Made by a program: the position numbers and the translations under genes. This document shows, piece after piece, positions 38,772-50,917 of a stretch of DNA of 64,000 bases. Numbering within the stretch: the stretch's first letter is position 1; the number at the start of each line of letters is the position of its first letter. The notes beneath the pieces are model-generated. The model saw nothing but the letters and a program-made list of their open reading frames with translations. It did no database searches and was not told where the DNA came from. Source of the stretch: Malacoraja senta (lineage: Eukaryota); assembly GCA_038087875.1 (NCBI GenBank), contig CM075988.1:21764001-21828000 (forward strand), given 5' to 3'.

Positions 38772-39358
38772 AGGAAGGAACTGCAGATGCTGATTTAAAC
38801 CGAAGATAGACACAAAATGCTGGAGTAACTCAGCGGGACAGGCTGCATCTCTGGAGAGAAGGAATGGGTGACGTTTCGAGTCAAGTCTGAAGAAGGGTCT
38901 TATATATTTATTTATCTATTTATTTATTTATTTTCATTTTAAATAAATCAACACAAAAAATAAATGGGACATGTTAATAAGAAACACTCAAATATTACAC
39001 AAATAGAAAAATACAACAATATACAGAAACATAAAAGAAATATTAAAAAATAAATTAAAAAAATTATATATAATACCATCAGTCACACACCCCACCCTGG
39101 CTAATTAAGTGAAAAGTGCATCTACACATAACAACATTTAACAAACCAGCCCTTAGTCTGGCAGAACCTGCAAGTCTGTAAAGTATGATAAAAAAAAGGT
39201 TGCCATTTGTGAAAAAAATTATCAGTACATCCCCTCAATGTATATTTAAATTTCTCAAGTTTAAGAAAAAACACTACAGAAGGGTCTTGACCTGAAACGT
39301 CACCCATTCCTTCTCTCCAGAAATGCTGCCTGTCCCGCTGAGTTACTCCAGCATTCTG
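38772..39358. mobile_element. Inverted PLE terminal-repeat pair split by an L1 fragment
   Basis: Arms at 38772-38901 and 39278-39358. Confidence 0.8.
38902..39277 (-). mobile_element. L1-clade LINE 3' fragment
   Basis: 11-bp TSD AGAAGGGTCTT; minus translation FFLKLEKFKYTLRGCTDNFFHKWQPF resembles fish L1 ORF2 C-termini; A-rich tail. Confidence 0.7.
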
Positions 39359-40344
39359 TAGTTAATTACAACCATATTATGCAGGTACTGGTGAAAGTAT
39401 AAAAGGTGACTGGTGAAAACATGGACAGGTAATGTCACCAATTCTTGCTCTCCAGAGATGCAGCCTGACCTACTGAGTTCCTCCAGCACTTTGTGTTCTT
39501 TTGTGTATTAGCCAGCTTCTGCAGTTCCTTGTTCCCACTGCACAAAATAGATTGAGGGCAGCTGCCTGGGATTAAACCCACATTATCTGAGATTTGGGAG
39601 TCTTTTAAAGGCCAGTTAATTAGTTTATTAGAGTTCAGGACCTCTGTACTCCTGAGAGGATGCAAGATGAGGGTGGCAAGGTCCATGGAGCGATATGGTG
39701 AGTTTAATCAAAAAGAAAAAGGCAGCGTAGATAATTATTATATTAGTACATGGTATTAGGAAAAAGGACTGTTCTGCACTCAGTATTCCAGCAGGAACGA
39801 TTGCAGGAAACTAACTGACGACTATTTAAAAATGTACTATTTTAATTTAACGTTTCCCGTTCATTTAAATGCAGACCGGATGCTATTCAACACTGCGTTC
39901 TCCCACCGCAGATTCCAATGAACTGAATCGGCCCCTAAAGCACCAGAGACTGCACCATGAGATTGAAAATCAGAGGTGCTGTTCAGCATTTTCATGAACA
40001 AGCTGTCAATCTTGTATATTATTCCTTTCTTAAAACAGGATCAGACAGCAATTATCTTGTCAGTTTTCCAGTCACAGAGGTTCTGTGCAAGGATTCATCA
40101 GATTTTTCTGTTGTTTTGTTCCATTGCTTGTCTGTGCCCGGAGGTTGATAGATTCTTGATTAGTGCGGGTGTCAGGGGTTGTGGGGAGAAGGCAGGAGAA
40201 TGGGGTTGAGAGGGAGAGATAAATCAGCCATGATTGAATGGTGGAGTAGACTGGATGGGCCGAATGGCCTAATTCCGCTCCTATAACCTATGAACTTATG
40301 AATTCAGTGTGGTTATTGGGGTTAAGTTTTAAATGTATATCGCT

Positions 40345-41042
40345 CGGTAAATGATTGCATTTTGGGAAGTTAAACCAGGGCTGGACCTTCACAATCTAGA
40401 ACTACAAGAACATGCAGTAGTTCCTTGAAAGCATCGTCACAGGTAGACAGGGTGGTGAAGAAGCCTTGTGACACATTGGCCTTCAAAAGTCAGGGAATCA
40501 ATTATAGAAATGGGGACAATAAGTTACGGTTGTACAAACGTTGGTGAGGCTGCACTGCTGTGTTCAGTTTTTGGTCACCCACTATAGAAAAGATGCCATT
40601 TAAGCTGAAAAGGGCGCAGAGAAGATTCACAAAGATGTTGCCAGCAATCAAAGGTTTGAGTTATAGGGAGTGGTTGGGCAGGCTAAGACTATATTCCATG
40701 GAGGCTGAGGGGTGATCTTAGAGAGATGTATAACATCATGAAGTTAATAAATAGGGTGAATGCATAGACATTTTCCCAGGGTATGGGAATCAATAGCTAG
40801 AGGGCAGAGATTGAAACTGAGAAAAAAAGATTTAATGGGAACCTAATTGACAATGTTTTCACACAGAGGGTGGATGGTCTATAGAATAAGCTGCCAGAAG
40901 ATATTGTTAAGGCAGGTACTTTAATAGCATTTAAAAATGGGGGTTTCGAGGGATATGGGCCAAACACAGGCAAGTGGGGCTATGTTGGCATGTTGGTCGG
41001 CATGGATGAGTTGGGCCGAAGGGCCTGTTTCTGTGCTGTGTT
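40345..41042 (+). mobile_element. Older, decayed CR1 LINE 3' fragment
   Basis: Remnants of the HFGKLN, VRLH, QRRFTKMLP and FTQRV segments; tail GGGCCGAAGGGCCTGTTTCTGTGCTG shared with the SINE. Confidence 0.85.
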
Positions 41043-42086
41043 CTGAAGCTTCTGATAGAGGATTTTTTGTCATCGGAAAAAAATAGCAAATTCTTCACGC
41101 TGAAGAATATGTTGCAGGAAAAAAAGAATTTGTTCAGTTTAGTTCAGAGATGCAGCGTGGAAACGGGTCCTTTGTCCCACTGCCTCTGCGCCGACCAGTG
41201 ATCCCTGCACACTAGCACTATCCTACACACTAGGGACAATTTACAAATTTGCCAAAGCCAATTAACCTGCAAACCTCTACCTGTATTATCGCTAAGATGC
41301 TTTTGCCCTGTAGTCACTGCAATATCAAAACCAGAAGGGGAAAAATAACTAAAACACAAAACCGAACAAAACATGTTTGAATTTGGTAGTTTGTGGAAAT
41401 ATGAACCTTGTATTCACCGGATTAACATGTAAATAACAGCCAAAGGAAGTGATTTGGTAAATGCATGGTGTCATGCAGACTAAGATGAAAAGTTCATGAT
41501 TTTTAAAATCTCTCCTTTTTACTTTCAATTTTGTAAACAAATCTCTCCACCACATTCCTACAATGTTTGAATAATGAACTGAAGGCTCATTAAATATCTG
41601 AATGCAGTTTACTTAGCAAATTAAACTCTTTGAATGAGATTCATCTGGACTTGTATGCAGCTGGATTTGCTTACCTACACAAATGGTTTATTCAAAGTAT
41701 TCTTAACATTGTCAGCCCTTCATGCTGTAATTTATGCAATGGCTTGCTACATTTCAGTGGTCACACAGATTGCTCTGCGCACCCCCCTAGATTGCTCGGC
41801 ATTCTGTTCAATGTTGTATCATGATTCCTAAGCTGAGATGTCTAAGGATTCAGCTACAGACACAGAATGTTAAAGAGCAGCAACATCTGGCTCAGAACAA
41901 AGTCCTGATCCATAGTATATGTTTCTTGAAAAAAACAGTGAGGTGATGGGTAAATATCTTATCGACCATTGCTGACTTGCTACAAGATTCATAAGTGTCA
42001 TAAGTGATAGGAGCAGAATTGGGCCATTCGGCCCATCAAGTCTACTCTGCCATTCAATCATGGCTGATCTATCATTCCCTCTTAAC

Positions 42087-42433
42087 CAGGGCTGCCAACA
42101 TTGGGTGAGAGTTGAGAATGAGAAATTGCGAGGGAGCGTAGCGACCGGGGGGGAGGGTGGGGGGGGGGGGTGTTCCCCCTCCCACGGTAGGGAGCTTTTG
42201 CATTTTTCAGCTTGAAATTGTGCAATCTGGTGCATACTGTAGTGAGTCTTTTAACTTGCATTTGAATGCAACTTTTATGCTTTAAATTGGATTAGGTATG
42301 AATAAGGTTAGGCTAAATTACATTCCTAATTACATTCCACAATAGAGCCGGGCTCTGATCAACAGGTGCAGCACATGAATGACTGTATTCATATATGGAA
42401 ATCAGATTATATTCATGCTGTTATGTGTGTATA

Positions 42434-42468
<35 letters not shown>

Positions 42469-44241
42469 AGAGAGAGAGAAAAACTCAGAGAAACAAAGCA
42501 AAAGTCGGACTTCCATCACTGTTCTGCACAAATAAATCAATCAACCTTGTTCAAGAAGGAACTACAGATGCTGGAGAATCGAAGGTAGACAAAATTGCTG
42601 GAGAAACTCAGCGGGTGTGGCAGCATCTATGGAGCGAAGGAAATAGGAAACCCTTCTTCAGACGGTTTCAACCTTACCCTTTGAATATAGAAACAAGACG
42701 AAAATAATGCCTCTTATTCAATCATATATGGTTCAATGAAATTAAGATATATATGTAAAAATATATATGGAAACAGGCCCTTCCGCCCACAAAGTCCACA
42801 CCGACCAACAATCTATTATACACCAATTCCATCCATCATGCCAGGGACAATTTACAGAAGCCAATTAACCTACAAACCTGCACTTCTTTTGGATATGGGA
42901 GAAACCGGAATATCCAGAGAAAACCCATGTGGTAGTAAGGCAGCAACTCTACCACTGCGCCACTGTGCCACCCCATTAAATTATTTTTTCTGTAATATAT
43001 TTATTATGGTGTCATGTGAATAAAGATGAACACATGATTCTGATTTCTGCCCTTAGTTGGATAACACACATGTCCAGTCATTGTGTGTTTTATGGCTGGT
43101 TTTCAACCTCTTCAGGCTGAAGGTCTCCACTCGAAACATCACCCATTCTTTCTCTCCAGAGATGCTGCCTGTCCTGCTGAGTTTTCTAGTTTTTAGTGTC
43201 TATCTTCAGTTTAAACCAGCATCTGCAATTCCTTCCTACACTATTTGTTAAGCAAAACAGGTCCTATTCTCATTATATAATGTTGTGATCAGCGTGAGAG
43301 CGTGAGAGTTTTGTGAAATGCGCGAGTTTCACGCTCAATGCGTGAGAGTTGGCAGCCCTGCTAATAATGCAAACATTTTATGCAAGTTCCAATTGTTTGG
43401 ACAAAAATCACTTATTACTGCTTTATAACAGTTAAGTTACATTAAGACCATTTCAGAAATTATGGCAGTCAACAAAAAAATCAACTAACAAATTAAAGCA
43501 AACTAAATGAAAATAACATGTTCCCTTTCCTGACTCTACCTCGTAAGTACTTTAACGCTGTTAACAGAGCAAAGGGATATTAATCTCAAGAATCAAAATG
43601 GGGAAAGTGAGGGCAATTTTGCTTGGTCATTCTAAGCCCATTCAGATCTGCATAGAGTCGGAGTTATACAACATGTACATGGCTGGCCCAATTTGTCCAT
43701 AATGATCAAGTTGGCATTCTGCGTGCCCCGGGACTGGCTGCCGTTCCCAGATCAGCTCGCGTCCCAGGGACTGGCTGCAGTTCTCAAGTCGGCTTGCCTG
43801 CCCCGACCCCGTGAAAACATATTGAAAAAAAACACACGGTTTTCCGGGTTACGGGCCGGATTCTGCCCGTGTGCCGTAGGTTGCCGAACCCTGTCCTAGA
43901 TGTTTGGCCTCATTGTGGTCCCCCCCCATGTTTTACAACCAATTCACCTGGTTAGTTCTATCTCCGGCTGCTGCATGTTGTCTGCGGCTGCACATCCAAC
44001 CAAGAAAGAAGAGAAGAGAAGAGATGCTACGTCACTCACAGCCGCCAACTGACGCGCTTCCCCAGACTGCACAGATCGCTGTGATGTGGCGCAAAAGAGA
44101 CAAACTGTGCAGGGACTGAAGACAGCGTGAGAATTCTGTCATCAGCGTGAGCATTGGCTGAAATGCGTGACTCTCACGCTCAAAGCGTGAGAGTTGGCAG
44201 CCCTGTCTAAGGCCAGGATGTGACAACAGACACACAGGGAG

Positions 44242-44303
<62 letters not shown>

Positions 44304-44628
44304 AGGGAGACAGACACACACACGGGGAGACAGACAGACACACACACGGGGAGACACACAGAGACACATACACACAGAGTCACACACACAGGGAGATAGA
44401 CAACAACACGGGGAGACACACACACGGGGAGACACACAGACACGCACACACACACACAGGGAGACACACACACAGGGAGACACACACAGGGAGGCACACA
44501 CACACACACACAGGGAGACACACACACAGGGAGACACACACACAGGGAGACACACACACACAAGGAGACACACACAGGGAGGCACACATACACACACAAG
44601 GAGACACACACAGGGAGACAGATACACA

Positions 44629-44668
<40 letters not shown>

Positions 44669-45351
44669 GAGACACACACACACAGGGAGACACACGCACA
44701 CAGGGAGACACACACACACAGGGAGACAGACACACAAGCACACACTCACACACCTTTTCTTCCCCCTCCCTCCATCCACCCCTTCCTCCCTCCTGACCCC
44801 ATCCTTCCCTCTTTCCTCCCCCTCCCTCTTTCTCCACTTTCTCCTTTCCTTCCTTCATCCCCTTTCTACATTCCCTCCCCTTGTCTCGCTTTGCCTCCAT
44901 CCCTCCCTTTTTTTCTTTCCCTCTCTCTCTCTCTCTCTCCCCCCCCTCCCTCTCTCTCCCCGGCCGCCCAATGGGGAGTCTGGCGGGCACGGTGTAGTGT
45001 GGATTGGCGGCGCTGGCGCTGCCGTGTGAGTTGAAGGGCAGGAGGGAGGGAGGGAGGGAGCGAGGCTGCAGCGGCGGCCGGCAGCGCAGCGCTCACAGCC
45101 GGCACATAGAGCTGCAGACACCCGGCGGCTGCAAATCCAACCAAGAGAGAAGAGACGCAACGTCGCTCACAGCCGTCAACCGACGCTCTTCACCAGACCG
45201 TGCAGATCCCTGGCACGTGGCGCAAAGGGACAAACTGTGCAGGGACTGAACTCAGCGTGAGAACTCGGTCATGAGCGTGAGAGCGTGAGGGCGTGAGAAT
45301 TTGCTCCAAGGCGTGATTGTCACGCTGGAAGCGTGAGAGTTGGCAGCCCTG
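42087..45351. mobile_element. Non-autonomous composite hAT DNA transposon (3265 bp)
   Basis: Perfect 13-bp TIR CAGGGCTGCCAAC / GTTGGCAGCCCTG; perfect 8-bp TSD CTCTTAAC (42079-42086, 45352-45359); splits a CR1 3' UTR. Confidence 0.92.
44225..44752. repeat. (CA)n/GGGAGA compound repeat inside the hAT
   Basis: Directly visible. Confidence 0.95.
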
Positions 45352-46887
45352 CTCTTAACCCCATTCTCCTACCTTCTCCCCATTACCCCTGACACCCGTA
45401 CTAATCAACATCGAGCTCTAGGTTGAAGCTGATCTAAACACAGACTGAAATCTAAACACAGCTTAGTTTAGGTTAGAGGTACAGCACAGCAACAGGCCAT
45501 TCGGCCCACCAACTCAGCGATCCCAGCACACCATCCTACACACTAGGGACAATTTACAATTTTTTACCAAAGCCAATTAACCTACAAACCTGTTCTTCTT
45601 TGGAGTGTGGGAGGAAATTGAAGCACCCGGTGAAAACCCACGCAGGTCACGGGGAGAACGTGCAAACTCCGTACAGACAGCACTCGTAGTCAGGATCGAA
45701 CCAGGGTCTCTGGCGCTAACTTCGGTTTAAACCAGCATCTGCACTTCCTTCTTACACATGAGTAGAAGGGAGGTTGGTTTGTGTGATGGTCTGGGCTGCG
45801 TCAACAATTTGCTGCAATTTCTTGTCGTCTGTCCAGAGGTTGGAGATTCTGGCTCTTCCTTGGATCAGAGAGTGAATGGGCACTGGGATTCTCTTCAGCC
45901 AGCTCAAAAAAACAGACTTCAACAGGAGCCCCACTCCCCTCGCTGAGTGCAATTCAGTCAGCAACCTTACCCTTACTAAGGGCTTTTCAGTCAGCAAACC
46001 CATTCCTTTTCTCCAGAGACGCTGTCTGGCCCGCCGAGTTACTCCAGATTTTATGTGTCTATCTTGCTCAGGGCATTTCAGTCAGCAGGAAGAACCTTGA
46101 TGTCCTCACCCCACGAGAACCAAGTTTTGAGAGGAATACCGAGAGTGAAGGTGAGCTTACTGTAGGCGGTGGGATATTGAGTCGATCCTTAGCAGTGGCT
46201 TGTGAGAGTCAAACTGGTTGAGAGACTTGTTGATCAATTCACTTAGTGCAAGTGGGAATATTGGCATTGATTATGATGGAAGATGCCCAACAATAATTTC
46301 AACAAACTTTGCTGTCAGTAGAAGGGACAAAATTCCCGCAATTTGGGGTGATCATCTTCGTCACGTAAAAAGAGTTATTGTCATCGTTATGTGAGAAAAG
46401 AAGTTATTTATTCAACTTTTCCAAATAGATCCAGCTTCAAAAGAGTTAAATCCAACAGATTCTCAAGCCTATAATCGTTTTTAAATTTCTGTTTGATGTT
46501 ACATGTAATTTTTGGGTGGAAGTTATTATGAAGAGATTTAGTAGCACCAGCGGCATTGAGAGAAATCACAAAATTATTTTGAGCAATTTGGCATATGATT
46601 TTATCTGGAAAGGATTGAAAATGGTCTTTTTAAAGAGCATTCTCACAGTGTATGCAATTTGTTTTAACTTAAATTGTTCCACAAATTATGATAGGTTTTA
46701 TGCACTTTGTTCTCATTTCTTTCTTCCAGATAAATTCCCATTTATTGGCCTTCAATTGGAAAACAACTATTGAAGGGATAGAACCAGTCGTGTTAATGTT
46801 CATAAGTGATAGGAGCAGAATTAGGTCATTCGGCCCATCAAGTCTACTCTGCCATTCATTCATGGCTGATCTACCTCTCCCTCCCAA

Positions 46888-47220
46888 AAGCCCTGTCCCA
46901 CGGTGCGAGTTCATTCCAAGAGCTCTCCCGAGTTTTAAAAAAAAATCAAACCCGTGGTAAGCACGGAGAATGAACGTAGCGGGTACGTCGGGGCTCGGGG
47001 ACGTCTCTTAGCGGCTCGTAACGCTAACGGCAGGTACTCGGGAAGACTCGCTAACGGCAGGTAAGCACGGGAAGACTCGTGAAGATTTTTCAACATGTTG
47101 AAAAATGTCCACGAGAGCCCCGAGTACCGACGCGTGGCCATTACCGTAAATCTCCGAGTTTGAATCAGGGCAAACTCGGGAGTGCTCTTGGAATGAACTC
47201 GTACCTGTGGGACAGGGCTT
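46888..47220. mobile_element. Harbinger/PIF-type MITE nested in a CR1 3' UTR
   Basis: Ends AAGCCCTGTCCCAC / GTGGGACAGGGCTT, flanks CAA/TAA; reverse-orientation relative of 4848-5167. Confidence 0.85.
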
Positions 47221-47475
47221 TAACCCCATTCTCCTGCTTTCTCCCCATGACCCCTGACCCCCTGGAATAACCCGCACTAGTCACTGTTTCCAGCCAGGTT
47301 TATGTCGTATGATCTGGTTTATCAACCTCACTGTGAACAGTCCACAGGAGGAGTTTCAGTAATAGTGAGAGGAAAACGGAAATAATATTACAAGTGTCTT
47401 GGCCGGGGAGCTTCTCTGAAGCTGTTCGGGTAAGAGTTGCTCAGACCTTCATCTGCATTTACAGATGCAACATCG

Positions 47476-47920
47476 CATAGAAACATAGAAGCATAGAAAA
47501 TAGGTGCAGGGGCAGACCACTCGGTCCTTCGAGCCAACACCGCCATTCAATATGATCATGGCTGATCATCCTAAATCAGTACCCCGTTCCTGCTTTCGCC
47601 CCATATCCTTTGATTCCGTTAGCTCTATCTAACTCTCTCTTGAAAACATCCAGTGAATATGCCTCCACTGCCTTCTGTGGCAGAGAATTCCACAGATTCA
47701 CAACTCTCTGGGTGGAAAAGTTTTTCCTCATCTCAATCCTAAATAGCCTACCCTTTATTCTTAAACTGTGATCCCGGTTCTGGACTCCCCCAACGTTGGG
47801 AACATTTTTCCTGCATCTAGCCTGTCCAATCCCTTAAGAATTGTAGACGTTTCTATAAGATCCCCTCTCATCCTTCTAAATTCCAGTGAATACAAGCCCA
47901 GTCGATCCATTCTTTCATCA
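47476..47920 (-). mobile_element. CR1 LINE 3' fragment
   Basis: ERMDRLGLYSLEFRRMRGDLIET...; (ATAGAAAC) tail. Confidence 0.9.
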
Positions 47921-48164
47921 TCACAGCAGGGAGTGCACGGCTGTTGCCAGAGATCGAATCGAAAGTCAGAGATGTTGTTGACACTCGTGCACGCGTGCGA
48001 GCCACACGCGTACACACGCACGCACACACGCTCGCACACACACGCAAGCACACGCACGTACACACACGCTCACACACACACGCAAGCACACGCATGCACA
48101 CATCGTACATGCACAAACACATGCACACACACGTGCGCACAGACTTGCCCATACACACAACAGG

Positions 48165-48408
48165 GTGGCACGGTGGCGCAGCAGTAGAATTGCTGCCTTA
48201 CAACGCCAGAGACCCGGGTTCGATCCAGACCATGGGTGCTGTCTGTATGGTGTTTGTACATTCTCCCCTGCGTGGGTTTTCTCTGAGATCTTCAGTTTCC
48301 TCCCACACTCCAAAGACGTACAGGTTCGTAGGTTAATTGGCTTGGTATAAATGTAAATTGTCCCTAGTGTGTGTGTGTATGTTAGTGTATGGGGATCGCT
48401 GGTCGGCA
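48165..48408 (+). mobile_element. tRNA-derived SINE within a CA-rich tract
   Basis: A/B boxes and body; tail missing. Confidence 0.85.
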
Positions 48409-49274
48409 AGCGTGTGTGTGTGTGTGCACGTGTGTTTATGCATATGTTTGTGTGTTTATGCATATATTAGACGTGGGCGCTGATCACAGGGATATCCCAC
48501 AAGTTATTGGCTGCTACCTCATAGAAAATACTTAGTTGTTTCACTTATTCCCATTCTGAGCTACCTGCCCCTCCATTAATTTTCTTCCCCATTTGATAGT
48601 ATCCATTTTGCAGATGATGTACCGAGGGACTAGAAACCCACGGGGTCAGATGCATGACTTCCATTGCTGTCTCACAGCGCCAGGGTTTGCTTCACACATT
48701 CAAGCCTCTTTGACAGCAGGCATGGAACATCTCTTTGCAGTCCATGTTTTTGTGAAGTGTTGGCAAATGGCAAATTGCGGGTTCTCATGGAAGCCTAGTC
48801 CAGGCTCCGGCCAGACACAGTACAATGTTGACACGGGCAGCAGAGATTGCCCCACAACATCCCATCAACACTAATGCCTCTATAATTTCCACCGAGTATT
48901 TGTCATTGTGTGTTCAAGTCAGCAGAAGCAAGGGGCTCATCTTCCCTTCAGATCCTGGGCGTAAGTGGCAGGTTGCAGTGCATCAAGAACAGCTATTCGA
49001 TTCCCTTATACTCGGCTCCTTCAATCTAAGGACCAAAATAATAAAGCAGCTCGGAGCTGTGAGACTTAATTGAAGTTGTGCTCAGACCTTCTCGCCCCAC
49101 TGGAGTCCAGAATGCCACAAGACATTTTGCAAACAAGGATGAAATGGTTCTGTTAACGTTATTTTCATGAACTTTATTTTTTCCAATTCTGGCAATCCCA
49201 TTAAAAACAAAATCAAGATAACTCACTTCGCAAGTACACTGCCAAGCATGGCGCATGGCACTTATTCAGACTTT

Positions 49275-49600
49275 AAGTTTAGCTTAGTTTAGTTTAGAGA
49301 TATACCGCGCGGAAACAGGCCCTTTGGCCCACCGAGTCCGCACCGACCAGCGATCCCCGCACATTAACACTATCCTACACGTGCACTAGGGGCAATTTTT
49401 ACATTTATACCAAGCCAATAAACCGGCAAACCTGTACGTCTTTGGAGTGTGGGAGGAAACCGAAAATATCGGAGAAAACCCACGCGGGGTCACGGGGAGA
49501 AGGTACGAACTCCGTACAGACAAACACCCGTAGTCGGGTTAGAACCCGGGTCTCAAGCGCTGTAAGGCAGTAGCTCCACTGTTGTGCCACCGTGCCGCCC
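49275..49600 (-). mobile_element. Full-length tRNA-derived SINE
   Basis: Reverse complement of the SINE consensus seen in this window. Confidence 0.9.
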
Positions 49601-49907
49601 AAAGTCATATTAAGTTATATTGAGAGATCGTGATGCAGTTTCTGAATCGTGCGACGTGTGACGATAAAATAATAATTTTAAACATTATTTAAATTAAATT
49701 AAATGTACCAGGAGAGCACTTAACATGATTTGACAAAACGTGCTTGTGGGTGAAACCCCCATACAGGGTAGACCTATTACTGGTGATTTATACAGATGGA
49801 TCGTCTTATACTAAACGTTCTAGATTGATGAGTTGTGGGCGTAGTTTGTGGTTTAGCAGCCTGTTCAGGATTAGTCGTCCGTGGCAGAGCTAGGGACAAG
49901 GTACTTA

Positions 49908-50143
49908 AGGGCCTGTCCCACGAGCATGCGACTGCATGCGGCAAGCATGACCAAACCGGAAGCGGGGGCCGCGCGGAGGTCGAGTGATCCCCGTACATGG
50001 CCGTTCCCACCAGCATGCGACCGCATGCGGCGAGCGCGACCAAACCGGAAGCGGGGGCCGCGCGGAGGTCGAGTGAGTGACGTGAAGTTCGAGCGAAGTC
50101 CGCGCGTGACGTACGGCGTCAAGACGCTGCGTACGGCGTCGAG
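49908..50143. mobile_element. One-ended Harbinger-type MITE fragment
   Basis: TTA-AGGGCCTGTCCCACGAGCATGCGACTGCATGCGG, same end as 14602; internal ~70-bp duplication (49916-49987 vs 50005-50076). Confidence 0.75.
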
Positions 50144-50594
50144 TCTAAAGTCTAAAGTCATTTTAATGTTTTTTGTCTTGTACTCAAAACCCAGCTGCCA
50201 ACCTGCCCACTTGCTGTATGTGCATTGTGACACCCAGTAGTTTAGTTTAGAAATACAGGCCATTCAGCCGCTGGAGACCGCGCCGACCAGCGATCACCCG
50301 TACACGGGTATCGGTGGATTAGTACGGGTGTCAGGGGTTACGGGGAGAAGGCAGGAGAATGGGGTTGGGAGGGAGAGATGGATCAGCCATGATGGAATGG
50401 CAGAGTAGACTTGTAGGACAGACTAGTAGATCATATGATACACTAGTCTGTCCTACACACTAGGGACAATTTACAGAAGCCAATTAACTTACAAACCTGC
50501 ACGTCTTTGGAGTGTGGGGGGAACACCTGGAGGAAACCCACGTGGTCACTGTCTATGCAACTAATAATGGAGAAGATATCTGCACCCTCATGAA

Positions 50595-50917
50595 GAATAG
50601 ACAATACGTGCAGGAGTAGGCCATTTGGCCCTTCGAGCCAGCACCGCCATTCAATGTGATCATGGCTGATCATCCCCAATCAGTACCCCGTTCCCGCCTT
50701 CTCCCCATATCCCCCGACTCCGCTATTTTAAGAGCCCTATCTAGCTCTCTCTTGAAAGCATCCAGAGAACCGGCCTCCACCGCCCTCTGAGGCAGAGAAT
50801 TCCACAGACTCACCACTCTCTGTAAGAAAAAGTGTTTCCTCGTCTCCGTTCTAAATGGCTTACCCCTTATTCTTAAACTGTGGCCCCTGGTTCTGGCCTC
50901 CCCCAACATCGGGAACA
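50595..50917 (-). mobile_element. CR1 LINE 3' fragment
   Basis: FPMLGEARTRGHSLRIRGKPFRTETRKHFFLQRVVSLWNSLPQR. Confidence 0.9.

Noticed and set aside
46072..46150. Possible plus-strand exon (GISVSRKNLDV...ESE|GTGAGC)
   Set aside because: 79 nt, weak acceptor partly formed by a PLE insertion flank, no recognisable peptide.
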